Part shown: positions 43,262-53,453 of the stretch, one piece after another
Layout: each line of letters begins with the position of its first letter
Numbering within the stretch: position 1 is the first letter of the stretch
Virus record (IMG/VR): IMGVR_UViG_3300043410_000417
Span: 1-61,976 of that record
Origin: a virus
Lineage: Duplodnaviria > Caudoviricetes
Strand: one strand, 5' to 3'
DNA: 61,976 nt
The notes under the pieces: model-generated
What the model saw: the letters and a program-made list of their open reading frames with translations, nothing else
Told to the model about the DNA's origin: nothing
Database searches by the model: none
Position numbers and translations under genes: made by a program

Positions 43262-44625
43262 CAGAAGAACCCTTCGAGGCTATTAGCCTTCTCAGCTTCT
43301 GGGTGATACTTCAATAGGTTTTCGCGACCTAGTTTAGACTCACAATATTCATACCACTCTTCAGACTCCCACATACCAGATGAAACACCGTTCCATAGAT
43401 GACGCTCAGAACCGTCTTCGTTCTTATGTCCTGGATGTTCCTTGTTCAAACGACGACCTTCAACGAATTCGTAACGGCAGTCTTCGTAGTCTTTGCTACC
43501 CAACTGTAGCATATTCTCACGGAAGTAGCAAACCAAAGAAACACGTTCTGCTTCTTCGTCCAACATTTCGATTGGAGTGTTACCGTGCATAACTTCGTGG
43601 TTGTTGATCAGCAGTAGGTCACCTGGACGAACGTTGACAGCAACACGGTACTCAGGAGCAACTAAGTAGCCACCTTTGTAGTTACCGTTGTTGGACAGAA
43701 CCAGAAGGTTAGACAAACCAGTGTCCAAGTCACCTGCGTCATAGTGAGCAGCAGTGCGGAAAGTCTTGTTCACAGTGATAGTAGTGAACGGAGTTCCAGG
43801 GACTAGGTAGCGAGAGTCCAACTTCTTCGCAGCTTCCATCTGGTTGTTGTATCTCCAAGGAAGAAGATCCTTGAAACCAGCAGCCAGAGTTTGTAGGAAT
43901 GGGAAAGCCATCGCAAACTTCTCTGGGTTCTTCTCAGTGTAAGAAGTCGCACGACCATAAGGGATACGTGGATAACGATCAAACCAACCAGCAATACCAG
44001 AGAACACACCGTTAGCGTAAGTAGTTGCGCAAACATACTTGTTTACGATACGCTTAGCTTCTGCACGTTGTTCATCAGGCATTAACTTACGAGTAGCCTC
44101 GACCCAATCTTCGAAGACGAAATTGTCTTTCTTAACAGCCTGAATACCCCAGACATTGTTCTTATTAGATGGCTGAGTTGCCTTACCAGCGTGAGCAGCT
44201 TTAATCTCTTCGACTGGATCAGTACCCATAATGTTGGCTTTAGGGTTTGAGAAGAAGTCGATGATATCATACTCATAGTCAGTAACCCACTCACGATTAC
44301 CTAGCTTCTCACCACGTGGACCAGCAGCAATACCGCGATTCTGAGTTTCAACTGCAGCTTCTCTCAGACCAAGATATGCAGCATCCTGTTCTTCTTTAGT
44401 GAAGTAGTTCTTGCGAAACTTAAAGATAATCTTGCGCTCATCCATACCCTTAGAGCAAGTGTTACAGTCGCTAGTGCAAACCGCCTGATCACCCAGATCG
44501 CAGTCTGGTGGTGCATATACATCACAATCTTCTTCAACAAGAACATCATAATGACGCTCGTCCACAAACTGACCTAGCAAGTGAGATGCGTCTAATTTTT
44601 CTTTGGCTACGATTACCTTAACCAT
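43261..44625 (-). CDS. TET/JBP-family 2OG-Fe(II) nucleobase dioxygenase
   Basis: PFTTITVN.TFRTAAHYDAGD, HGNT, RVSLVCYFRE; GGAGA RBS before MVKV. Confidence 0.85.
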   Translation of the reverse strand: MVKVIVAKEKLDASHLLGQFVDERHYDVLVEEDCDVYAPPDCDLGDQAVCTSDCNTCSKGMDERKIIFKFRKNYFTKEEQDAAYLGLREAAVETQNRGIAAGPRGEKLGNREWVTDYEYDIIDFFSNPKANIMGTDPVEEIKAAHAGKATQPSNKNNVWGIQAVKKDNFVFEDWVEATRKLMPDEQRAEAKRIVNKYVCATTYANGVFSGIAGWFDRYPRIPYGRATSYTEKNPEKFAMAFPFLQTLAAGFKDLLPWRYNNQMEAAKKLDSRYLVPGTPFTTITVNKTFRTAAHYDAGDLDTGLSNLLVLSNNGNYKGGYLVAPEYRVAVNVRPGDLLLINNHEVMHGNTPIEMLDEEAERVSLVCYFRENMLQLGSKDYEDCRYEFVEGRRLNKEHPGHKNEDGSERHLWNGVSSGMWESEEWYEYCESKLGRENLLKYHPEAEKANSLEGFF

Positions 44626-44635
44626 TTCTATCTCC

Positions 44636-46030
44636 TTAAAACTTCCAACCATCAAACTTGTTCTCGGAATTAACCCTCTTACCGAAGTCTCCCTTATCGA
44701 AGACTGGAGTATCATCCTGACCAGAGTCTGACAAACCTTCTTGCGCAGATGCTTCTACATCGTAGAGTTTCATCTTTGCTCTATCAATACCAACCACAAA
44801 ACGCTTGAAGTAACTAGGATCATTATATCGGTTTTTCAATTGCTTGACAATAATTTGATTCAATGCTTCCAGTTCTTCGTTGCTTACAAGCGCGAACATA
44901 AAGTCAGCTGTTGCAGGTAGACCAAAAGATTCTGAAGTGTCTTCAAGTCCTGGATCTGAGTTTGTATATCCAGATCGAGTTGTCTGAGTTGCGCTAACAA
45001 TTGGGACGTTATATTCAACGGCTAAACCTCTTAGTTCTTCTGCGATTGCCTTAACATATGTATAAGAGTTTACAGAGCCTCCCTGCTTCATACGCTGAGA
45101 AGCGCAGATGTTCAGGTAGTCAATGAAGATGATATCGGGAACAAAATCACGCTTCAACTTCAACTCTTCCAACAATGCTCGGAAATGACCAGAGTGTGCA
45201 CCAGCTGTTGGATATTCTTTAATGATCAGCTTGCCTTGAGTCTTTTTCGTAATCTTACTGATACGAGTCTCATAGATGTCGCGGTCGATCACCTTCAGTT
45301 CGTCCATCGTCAGGTTCAACAGATTAGCGTCGATACGTTCAGCGATACGTTCTTCTGCCATTTCCATTGTTATGTATAAGACGTTTTTACCCTGTGTTAG
45401 ACAACCTGCGGCAACGTGACACATAAACAACGACTTACCAACACCAGTACCTGCCAACGCGATGTTCAGAGTCTTCTTGGACAAACCACCCTTCGTGATC
45501 TTGTTGAACATCTCGAGATCGAAAGCGATCTTCTCTTCGACACGGTGGTAATACTCATAACGAGACTCATGGTCTTCCAAGTAGTCGTGACCCACATGGC
45601 TATCAAAAGAGACTGCTAGCGCATCAGACAGAATGGAAGGGATAGCGTCCTGCGTCAGAACCTTGTCGCGCCCATCGATGATCTTAATCGAATTAAGAAT
45701 TGCGTTATAGACTGCTCGGTCTTTACAGAACTTCTCAGTATGTTCCAACATCCAGTCTTCATTGACTGGAGCATCACTTAGACTATCGACAAAGGAATTG
45801 ACCTCAGCCAACTCTTTGTCAGTGAGGTCTTTTCGGTTTCCAAGTTCAATGGAAACAATGTCTTTCGTTGGAGGCTTGTTGTACTTGTTAAAGAACTCAG
45901 TTACAACGTTGGCTACGATAGCCTCTTTCTTGTCAACGAAATAATCGCGTTTGATGAATGGTACTACTTTTCGGCAATATTGCTCATCGTAAATCAGTCT
46001 GCTCAGAATCTGTTGTTCTATTCTCATCAA
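44636..46030 (-). CDS. gp41: replicative DNA helicase
   Basis: LAGTGVGKSL, IDYLNIC, SATQTTR, SESFGLPATAD, KQLKNRY. Confidence 0.96.
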   Translation of the reverse strand: MMRIEQQILSRLIYDEQYCRKVVPFIKRDYFVDKKEAIVANVVTEFFNKYNKPPTKDIVSIELGNRKDLTDKELAEVNSFVDSLSDAPVNEDWMLEHTEKFCKDRAVYNAILNSIKIIDGRDKVLTQDAIPSILSDALAVSFDSHVGHDYLEDHESRYEYYHRVEEKIAFDLEMFNKITKGGLSKKTLNIALAGTGVGKSLFMCHVAAGCLTQGKNVLYITMEMAEERIAERIDANLLNLTMDELKVIDRDIYETRISKITKKTQGKLIIKEYPTAGAHSGHFRALLEELKLKRDFVPDIIFIDYLNICASQRMKQGGSVNSYTYVKAIAEELRGLAVEYNVPIVSATQTTRSGYTNSDPGLEDTSESFGLPATADFMFALVSNEELEALNQIIVKQLKNRYNDPSYFKRFVVGIDRAKMKLYDVEASAQEGLSDSGQDDTPVFDKGDFGKRVNSENKFDGWKF

Positions 46031-46319
46031 CTCCGCCTGTATATGATACCATATTCTTCTGCAGCTGTTCTAAAATAATCAGCTGCAGCATATCTCCAAG
46101 GTACTGCTCAAGTTCTTCTTTGATGTAAGTGACACCTGCATCTTCGTGTACATCGTACTCGAAACTCATTTTGCAGCTATCACCACTCTCATCAAAAGCA
46201 ACCTTACCGTAAGAAAAGATTATACCCGCATATGGCGGTTCTGTCAACTTTAGTCGATAAGCGCCAGTTGTGGCGCTCTCCAGAACCACGAATGGTGGTT
46301 TAGCTAGATGATCACTCAT
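45984..46319 (-). CDS. hypothetical protein (between uvsX and gp41)
   Basis: 111-aa ORF at conserved T4-like position. Confidence 0.7.
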   Translation of the reverse strand: MSDHLAKPPFVVLESATTGAYRLKLTEPPYAGIIFSYGKVAFDESGDSCKMSFEYDVHEDAGVTYIKEELEQYLGDMLQLIILEQLQKNMVSYTGGVDENRTTDSEQTDLR

Positions 46320-47379
46320 GCTCTAATTCTTCCAACGCTTTATCAAGATCGTCAGACTGAACCATTGAAACATTACCAACAGAGTACTTGTTCTTTACGA
46401 ATTCGTAGAACGACTTGCTTGTAACAATAGACAACCAGAAGTCCTTAGTTTCAGTATCCTTAATACGATACTTCTTCTCATCAACTTCACCAGTTTCTTT
46501 GTCTACCTTTTGATACCAACCATTAGAAGGTTTGATGACATGTCCTGATTCGAGTGCGAGATCCAATAGACCAGACCACTTGCTAATGCCGCCGTCAAAA
46601 GATACGCTGACAGGAATTTTAGATTTTTCTTTGACATAACGAGATTTTTCTACGTTGATAATAAAGTTGTAGCCGACAACCTCAGTACCGTCTTTCTCTT
46701 GCTGACGACCCAAGATGAAGATGTTATCAGCTGAGTAATAAGAACCAGTACCACCACCAACGATGTCCTTCGGATACAAACCGATCTCTTTGTAGGTGTG
46801 GTTAACAACAACCATAGGGATGTCCTTGATTGTAAGGTGAGGAGTGACCATACGGAATAGAGACTTCATCTGCTTAGCGCGAGTCATATCGGCAGCAGAC
46901 TTACCTTCCAATGCGTCCTCAACTTCTTTCTTAGAAGCCAAGTTACCGATGGAGTCAACAACGATGATAACACGATCTCCACGATCGATATTATTCAGCT
47001 GTTGCATAATGTCAAACTTCAGTTGTTCAACATCGGTGATAGGAGTATGTACAACACGCTCAGTATCGATACCGAAAGCATCAAAGTAAGACTGAGGAGT
47101 ACCAAACTCAGAATCATAAAAGAGAACAACAGCGTCATCATACTTGTCCTGATAGGCTTTAGCCATTAGCAGACTGAACGCAGTCTTAAAGTGTTTGGAT
47201 GGACCAGCCCACATAGTTAGACCTGGAGTTAGACCGCCATCAAGACGACCACTCAACGCTACGTTGATGACAGGAATGCTAGTCGGAACCATATCCTTCT
47301 TGGTGAAGAATTTAGACGCTGACAGAATAGCAGTGTCTTTGATCGTGCTGTTCTTTTTAATCTTTTCAAGAATGCTCAT
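46312..47379 (-). CDS. uvsX: RecA-like recombinase UvsX
   Basis: AGPSKHFKT, FYDSEFG, DSIGNLASKKE. Confidence 0.96.
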   Translation of the reverse strand: MSILEKIKKNSTIKDTAILSASKFFTKKDMVPTSIPVINVALSGRLDGGLTPGLTMWAGPSKHFKTAFSLLMAKAYQDKYDDAVVLFYDSEFGTPQSYFDAFGIDTERVVHTPITDVEQLKFDIMQQLNNIDRGDRVIIVVDSIGNLASKKEVEDALEGKSAADMTRAKQMKSLFRMVTPHLTIKDIPMVVVNHTYKEIGLYPKDIVGGGTGSYYSADNIFILGRQQEKDGTEVVGYNFIINVEKSRYVKEKSKIPVSVSFDGGISKWSGLLDLALESGHVIKPSNGWYQKVDKETGEVDEKKYRIKDTETKDFWLSIVTSKSFYEFVKNKYSVGNVSMVQSDDLDKALEELEHE

Positions 47380-47380
47380 A

Positions 47381-47632
47381 TTAAACCTTTAAGAAGTCGA
47401 GTAGTTGCTGCTCGTTTACCAAACCAGACTGGCGCTTGATTTCCTTACCATCGTCATCGACAAGAACTAGCGTTGGAACACCGCGAACACCATAGTTAAT
47501 CGCAGTCATCATTTCTTGATCGATATCGAAAGAAACGATCTCAGTAGTGATCTTGTCCTTAGCGTCCTCAATGACTTTACCTAGCATCTTGCAAGGTTGG
47601 CACCATTCGGCTTGAAATTTGTATAGTTTCAT
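47381..47632 (-). CDS. thioredoxin
   Basis: WCQPC, VRGVPTL. Confidence 0.9.
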   Translation of the reverse strand: MKLYKFQAEWCQPCKMLGKVIEDAKDKITTEIVSFDIDQEMMTAINYGVRGVPTLVLVDDDGKEIKRQSGLVNEQQLLDFLKV

Positions 47633-47662
47633 TATTATCTCCTATAAAGTATTGCAGGACAA

Positions 47663-48211
47663 TTATGGATTATTCTTCGAATGCGGTACATCGAAAACGA
47701 ATGTAACGCGAACGTTGTCACCAATGTTTTTAGTCCCATGTGGTAATTTATTGTTGAACCAAAGTAGAGTTCCAGGCTCCACTGTAACAGATTCATCTCC
47801 TACAGTGTATATGTATCTGCCTTGTATGGACAGATGATAGCGATCCCTAGTTTGGTAGTAAGTTCCAATGTCGATATGAGTTCCAACCTCTCCACCAACT
47901 GGGAGTGAAAGGAAACCACAACGACTGACTTTCTTGAAGTGACGTTTGACGAAACTAATCACTTCGTTATGTCTATTATAGGCTGCAGTTGGTACACAGA
48001 TTTCTGAGTCACCAACATACTGTCCGACCTCAGAGATTGCACCCATGACCAGCTGGAGAACACCAGCCTGAACTTCAGGGAATCCGTAGGTGAGCATGGA
48101 TTTTACTCCATCCTCTCTAGTCTGAACTCCCCAATCTTCTGGATGTTTCTCCAACTGCCTTAGAATCTTCGATACGTTAAGACCAGTCTTAATGATACGA
48201 ATATTATCCAA
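47663..48211 (-). CDS. aspartyl/asparaginyl beta-hydroxylase-like 2OG oxygenase
   Basis: HIDIGTYY..RYHL..WFNNKLPH..RVTFVFD. Confidence 0.8.
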   Translation of the reverse strand: MDNIRIIKTGLNVSKILRQLEKHPEDWGVQTREDGVKSMLTYGFPEVQAGVLQLVMGAISEVGQYVGDSEICVPTAAYNRHNEVISFVKRHFKKVSRCGFLSLPVGGEVGTHIDIGTYYQTRDRYHLSIQGRYIYTVGDESVTVEPGTLLWFNNKLPHGTKNIGDNVRVTFVFDVPHSKNNP

Positions 48212-50690
48212 AGAAATCCTCCAATGAACTTTCTTCTTGAGTCTTCCATCCTAACGGTTCGATAACGATCTGGAGCGCATCCAAGAAAACCTTTTCGAAC
48301 TGCAGGTCATAATCTATGTATGCGTTCAATCCTAGCTCCTCTGGCAACTCCTGACTGAACGCAATCACATTCTCGTGAATCGGGTTCGGAGTTCTCAGAT
48401 AAACAAACTTGATCTTGTCGCCATCTCGAATCGCCTGATACTTCTTATCAACTCCATGGCGTTTGCAGTGGTGGTTAAACAACAACGCAGCGCGCACTTG
48501 GATAGGAGTACCCTTCTGATAGATCGGAGAACCAGCATACTGCTTCACACCGTTACAGCTTCGAGGGAATGCGATATCTTGAATAGGCATTCTATCAAAC
48601 TTCTTCTTGAAGTCAGCGACGAACTTGTGGAGTTCTTTCTCGTCGTCTTCCAGAATAACGTCAATCGAACTACGCAACGTATCACGAATAACAGCAGGAG
48701 TCGAGGACTTAACCATCTCAAGACCCATGACTTTGATCTTAGGCTTCGCGAATTGAACACCCTCAGAGTTATGAACACGGAGAATGTAACGCTTCTTGGC
48801 AGTCCAGATACCCTTGTCGGCGAGAACTTCTCGCTTCATAACCATCTTCTGAGCATACGCATTCATATACTGAGCCAGTTCTTTGTATCCTGAATCAATG
48901 AATGGTTGGAAAACGTCTTCGCAGATCTTGTCCATAAACTTGATCTTACCAGCGGTATCTTTATCACCAGCAACCTTCTCGACCAAAGTCTCAAGAGACA
49001 GGTAGATCGAGTCAGTGTCAATCGCGATAACGTAGTCAACATCCTTAGTCTTCAGAGTGTTATTCATAAAGACGTTCAGTTTGTTCGCCATCCAACGAAT
49101 GGACAACTGACCAGAAGTGGTAATACCTTCAGCCATACGGATATCGAAGTAACGGAAGTACTGGTTACCCATCGCACCGTAAGCAGAGTTCAACGCAATC
49201 TTCATCGCCATCTGCAGGTTGTTGAGGCGAGAGATCTCTTTCAATAGGTGCTTCTGAGACTTATCATTCTGATACTGTTGCTCAACACCAAGCATTTGCT
49301 TCTTGAACTTGGAACGATCCTTGTACATCTTCTCCATCAACTCGGGCATGAACCCTTTGATGTCTTTACGATAACACCAACCGTTCGCAGTTACAGTTAG
49401 GTCGCGTTGGTGAGCGTACGATGTATCAATCTCTTGACCAAGCAGACGGTCAACACTAACACTCAGCTTCTCGGAAGTCAGAGTCTCAGGGCTGATGTTG
49501 TACTGCATAATCAGGTGAGGATACAGACTGTTCAAGTCGAACGAGGCAACCCACTTGTGACCACCGATGATTGGATCTTTAACGAATGCGCCTTCGAATT
49601 GAGCATCCTTACCACTAACAGTCTTCTGAGGAATCACGATTCCCTTTTGACGCAGGTGGTTATAGATGATCGTATCCCACATACGAACCTGTGAGTAAAC
49701 GTCTTCAGGATTGATCTTCGCGTTGTACGCCATGGTCAGATGCAGTTCGATCAAACGCATCTTGTCTTCCATCTTGTCAACCAACTCTACGTCGTGAATG
49801 TTATATTCAACAAAGTGTTGCCAGTAGTTAGTGTAGAAATCCTTGAAGTCAGTTCCAGGGTTTTCCTTCTTCTTGTCACCGAGTTCTTGCTCAGCGATAT
49901 AATCAAGTCGGTACGATTCTTGCTTAGTGTAGGTATACTTCTTGTAGAGTTCCAGATAGTCAAGCTGGCTGATACCGAGAATGTCGTAGTGAATCTCTTC
50001 GTTACCCTTGATGAAGGTCTTACGTTCGTTGATGTAACGCCATGGGCTGATACGTTCAGCTTCCTTGTCGCCCAACTCCCGAGCAATACGACGAATCAGA
50101 TAAGGTACGTCGAAGAAGTCGGTGTTCCAGCCAGTGATGGCATCGGGATAACTCTTCTCCCAGAACGCCAGAAACTGACGCAGTAGATCGTGTTCGTTGG
50201 TCGCATGGACGTAAACGAGATCGTCACGGTTGTGCAGGAATGCTCGAGTACCAAACGTGATGATACGCTTGGACGCCAGATCCTTAACTGTGATTAGAAG
50301 AACCTCTTCGTTCGCAGTTTTGATATCGGGGAATCCGTTTTCAGTAGTGGTTTCAATATCAACTGTAAAAACTTTAAAGAGATCCATATCCCAATGAATA
50401 TCATCAGGATACATATCGCTAATATATTGGTAAGAGTAATTAGTGTTGCCATAAACTGAGAACCCTTCTACGCCATCATAGCGTTTGACAAAGTCGCGAG
50501 TCTCTTTGATTGATCCAGGTTTTACCTCATCAACGTAAGTTCCTTCGAGAGTTTGCCATTTAGTTTGCTTCTTAGAAGTGACATACAGCGTAGGGTAGAA
50601 ATCCACCTTACGCTGATATGCTCTTCCCTTGTCGTATCCACGGACGAGCATTTTGTCGCCCATAGGATGCACACTGGTATAAAATTCCAT
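48204..50690 (-). CDS. gp43: family B DNA polymerase
   Basis: DIET, SFDLNSLYP, KIALNSAYG, IDTDSIY; uninterrupted. Confidence 0.97.
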   Translation of the reverse strand: MEFYTSVHPMGDKMLVRGYDKGRAYQRKVDFYPTLYVTSKKQTKWQTLEGTYVDEVKPGSIKETRDFVKRYDGVEGFSVYGNTNYSYQYISDMYPDDIHWDMDLFKVFTVDIETTTENGFPDIKTANEEVLLITVKDLASKRIITFGTRAFLHNRDDLVYVHATNEHDLLRQFLAFWEKSYPDAITGWNTDFFDVPYLIRRIARELGDKEAERISPWRYINERKTFIKGNEEIHYDILGISQLDYLELYKKYTYTKQESYRLDYIAEQELGDKKKENPGTDFKDFYTNYWQHFVEYNIHDVELVDKMEDKMRLIELHLTMAYNAKINPEDVYSQVRMWDTIIYNHLRQKGIVIPQKTVSGKDAQFEGAFVKDPIIGGHKWVASFDLNSLYPHLIMQYNISPETLTSEKLSVSVDRLLGQEIDTSYAHQRDLTVTANGWCYRKDIKGFMPELMEKMYKDRSKFKKQMLGVEQQYQNDKSQKHLLKEISRLNNLQMAMKIALNSAYGAMGNQYFRYFDIRMAEGITTSGQLSIRWMANKLNVFMNNTLKTKDVDYVIAIDTDSIYLSLETLVEKVAGDKDTAGKIKFMDKICEDVFQPFIDSGYKELAQYMNAYAQKMVMKREVLADKGIWTAKKRYILRVHNSEGVQFAKPKIKVMGLEMVKSSTPAVIRDTLRSSIDVILEDDEKELHKFVADFKKKFDRMPIQDIAFPRSCNGVKQYAGSPIYQKGTPIQVRAALLFNHHCKRHGVDKKYQAIRDGDKIKFVYLRTPNPIHENVIAFSQELPEELGLNAYIDYDLQFEKVFLDALQIVIEPLGWKTQEESSLEDFFG

Positions 50691-51262
50691 TAAACTTGTT
50701 TTCCGTACATTAACATCATAGCATCCAACGCACAGTCGTGGACAGGGTGGTGCTTGATAACATTATGCCTCTGAAATAGCGGATGGTCAACTTCACAGTA
50801 TCCATTGGAAGTGCCATACATAATATCGACTGCGGTGCGGACATCTCGCCATTGCGCGTAGTCTGTAATCTCTACTGCTCCGATCTTTACGGCAAGCGAG
50901 TCGATTACTAGCTGATCAAGTGAGCCTCGTGCCCACATAGTTTGTTTCCTTGCGTTTGGAAACTTATTCATATAGTTATGAAGGATGGTTAAACCTTCTT
51001 CGGCAGTCACATCTTCGCTAGAAGGTTCAAGAGAAACCTTCTTGACGTACTCGTGTTGATTCTGCCACCACTCAAGAGTGGATTGAGAAACAGTTCGACC
51101 ATACACAGTCGCCTGTTCCTTTGCTTTGAACTTAACGAAACACGCCTGATCAAGTAGGTCTTGATAGGTTGGTTCTTTGTTTGGATCGAAATGGATCAAA
51201 CCTGCCGAAAGAACGACAGCGTTCGATTCAACACCCAAACTTTCTACGTCAAAAATAAACAT
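50690..51262 (-). CDS. dexA: DexA-like 3'-5' exonuclease
   Basis: FDVESLG, WARG..D, WRDVRT, HDCALD. Confidence 0.85.
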   Translation of the reverse strand: MFIFDVESLGVESNAVVLSAGLIHFDPNKEPTYQDLLDQACFVKFKAKEQATVYGRTVSQSTLEWWQNQHEYVKKVSLEPSSEDVTAEEGLTILHNYMNKFPNARKQTMWARGSLDQLVIDSLAVKIGAVEITDYAQWRDVRTAVDIMYGTSNGYCEVDHPLFQRHNVIKHHPVHDCALDAMMLMYGKQV

Positions 51263-51789
51263 TAGGAATTCTTTCTCTTTTGATATTCGGCTTCGTGTTC
51301 GTCACAGAGAGTACGAACCCATCCACCACCACGTTGGTGTCCTTTTGCGCCACAAGTCTCGCAGGTACGACTCGCCCATGACTCAGCCATTGTGACCATA
51401 CCATACACAACATCATCGCCACCATCGTAGTAGAAACGCAGCCCACCGAACTTCTCTTTGATCTGCGCTACCTTAACTCGAGGAACATATTCTTGGATGG
51501 CGTGAGGGGTCTTCATAATAATTTCTGCGTCTTCGTAGTGCCAATCTCGAACTGGTTTACCACCAGCAAGAAAGTGAACCACGTAGTCCAAGCCTCGATC
51601 TCGAGCACGATCAAGAAGAAGATCCCGAGCGCGACGGTGGCGCACTTGCTTGATATGGTGTTCAATATTCGCGCAAAGACTTTCAATAATAGGATACCAC
51701 CCCTCACCTACAGCGAAACCGCCATAGCGACCACTGAACATATGGGGATGCTTCTCCTCCATACGCTTTTGGAATTCATCATGTGTCAT
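51262..51789 (-). CDS. conserved phage hypothetical protein
   Basis: GEGW..QIKEKFGGLRFY..CETCG..W.RTLC..H. Confidence 0.8.
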   Translation of the reverse strand: MTHDEFQKRMEEKHPHMFSGRYGGFAVGEGWYPIIESLCANIEHHIKQVRHRRARDLLLDRARDRGLDYVVHFLAGGKPVRDWHYEDAEIIMKTPHAIQEYVPRVKVAQIKEKFGGLRFYYDGGDDVVYGMVTMAESWASRTCETCGAKGHQRGGGWVRTLCDEHEAEYQKRKNS

Positions 51790-53075
51790 TTAATAACCTC
51801 ACTAGAGTCTGCGACTTCTTTATCATCGCGAATTTCGAGAACGATCGGTAGGAACAAAGACTCTTCTCCAGCTTTGTTCTTGATTCTCATATTATACTTG
51901 ATCGCAGCGATTTTGTCAATTATTTCTTTACCGTAGGTCTTACGTTGGTCATCGGTAAAACCCGAGCCGACAGAGACTTTGATAACACCATCGGCAGATT
52001 CGCAAAGGATAGCGCCGAGCATTCCTGCATACTTGCCAGTACCTTCTTCGATACCAACAATCTTCAGGTCACACTCCATCTCACCTTTGAATTTAATCTG
52101 ACCTTTGGAACGTTTGTCTTCCCAGACACCGTTCATGTCTTTCAAGATGATGCCTTCTTCGCCACGTTGCAGCATTTCTTCGAATAGTGCCTTTGCAGTT
52201 TCGTAGTTCTCGACTTCCCAACTCTTAACCAGAGAAACCTTCTTCGGCATCTTCATTTCCTTCAAGACAGTGAAGCGAGATTTGTAGGTGAAGACACCCA
52301 CACCCTTCACAAAATCTTTATAAGGAATAACGTCCCAGATGGTTGCGTGGACTTTACGAGCCTCATCAATCTTGATCGTACCCTTGTTGGCTTTATTCAG
52401 GATACCGTTACCAGTTTGACGATCGAGGATGATACCCTTGTCAACAACAAGCAACTCACCATCAAACACATAGTTTGTGCCATCGGCTAGCTTGATAAAC
52501 TCTTCCTCGAGATTACCGAGTAGCTGAATCTCTTTACCGTTTCGGCTACGGAATTCGCACTTACCGTCCTTAACGATGGCGTTGAAACGCATACCATCCA
52601 TCTTCAGTTGGACGTAGGCGGGGAATGTGATTTTGTCCACCAGCTTCTGCTCGAAAGGAGAACAGAGCATGACAGGATATTCGTGGACAAGGTTATCCCA
52701 GACTGCGTTTGCGGTTGAGACTTGGACACCACACTTGAGGTCTTTCTGGATAACACGCTCAACGACCTTCGCGTTATCAGCAGTCACGTTTTCGAGGACA
52801 TATTGTAGATGTTCGATGGCAGCATTGCCAGTGACCTTTCGAGAAGCGAGCATGGTCACCAGTTGGTCCAGCGCCCAATCCAGATTGTCTCCGAGAGGGT
52901 TTTGGTTCGGGGTGTACGTAGGAATCTTGCGCTGATAGAATTGCGTGAAAGGATCGAGAGCCAGCCGAACAACTTCTTTTAGGTTTTCGTTGTCACTGTT
53001 TTTCTTCAGCTGTTCGATTTTGTAATTGCGGGATGCGTTGCTGGCTAGGTTCTCGAAAAATTCATTTAGATTCAT
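51786..53075 (-). CDS. gp30: ATP-dependent DNA ligase
   Basis: KMDGMR, FDGEL, EGIILK, LFLP. Confidence 0.95.
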   Translation of the reverse strand: MNLNEFFENLASNASRNYKIEQLKKNSDNENLKEVVRLALDPFTQFYQRKIPTYTPNQNPLGDNLDWALDQLVTMLASRKVTGNAAIEHLQYVLENVTADNAKVVERVIQKDLKCGVQVSTANAVWDNLVHEYPVMLCSPFEQKLVDKITFPAYVQLKMDGMRFNAIVKDGKCEFRSRNGKEIQLLGNLEEEFIKLADGTNYVFDGELLVVDKGIILDRQTGNGILNKANKGTIKIDEARKVHATIWDVIPYKDFVKGVGVFTYKSRFTVLKEMKMPKKVSLVKSWEVENYETAKALFEEMLQRGEEGIILKDMNGVWEDKRSKGQIKFKGEMECDLKIVGIEEGTGKYAGMLGAILCESADGVIKVSVGSGFTDDQRKTYGKEIIDKIAAIKYNMRIKNKAGEESLFLPIVLEIRDDKEVADSSEVIK

Positions 53076-53274
53076 TTTGTTTTACCAATTGTTTTAGAAA
53101 ATCTACGTTCTTTTCTGTTTCAGTTTTTGGAGTATACCTGCGTAGTAGGTCTTGTTCTTTTTGATCAAGTTCTTTTAGATGACGATCAAGTTCTTTGAAA
53201 GACTTAGTATCCCAGAGATGATATGCTTCGCTGTTATACGCGAGGAAAGTATCTTTATACTTAACACCCTTCAT
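53062..53274 (-). CDS. hypothetical protein
   Basis: 70-aa ORF in coupled run. Confidence 0.6.
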   Translation of the reverse strand: MKGVKYKDTFLAYNSEAYHLWDTKSFKELDRHLKELDQKEQDLLRRYTPKTETEKNVDFLKQLVKQNESK

Positions 53275-53453
53275 TTCAATTCCTTAAAGGTTCTGTATCG
53301 AGTATCGAAACCGATGGGCTTCTTAAACTTCTTGATTGTTTTGGTGTTTACGTTATAGAATGCGACCATCTTCATTTTATCGTCAGTGACGTAGTAGATG
53401 TGATTCGTGACTGTGCCAACCCAGTCTTTAGTGGTTTCTTGGAGGACTCTCAT
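53271..53453 (-). CDS. hypothetical protein
   Basis: 60-aa ORF in coupled run. Confidence 0.6.
   Translation of the reverse strand: MRVLQETTKDWVGTVTNHIYYVTDDKMKMVAFYNVNTKTIKKFKKPIGFDTRYRTFKELK

Noticed and set aside
48375-50186. Long plus-strand ORFs antisense to gp43 (and similar ones opposite nrdA, gp41, gp45, hsp20)
   Set aside because: Shadow ORFs from codon bias of the real minus-strand genes.
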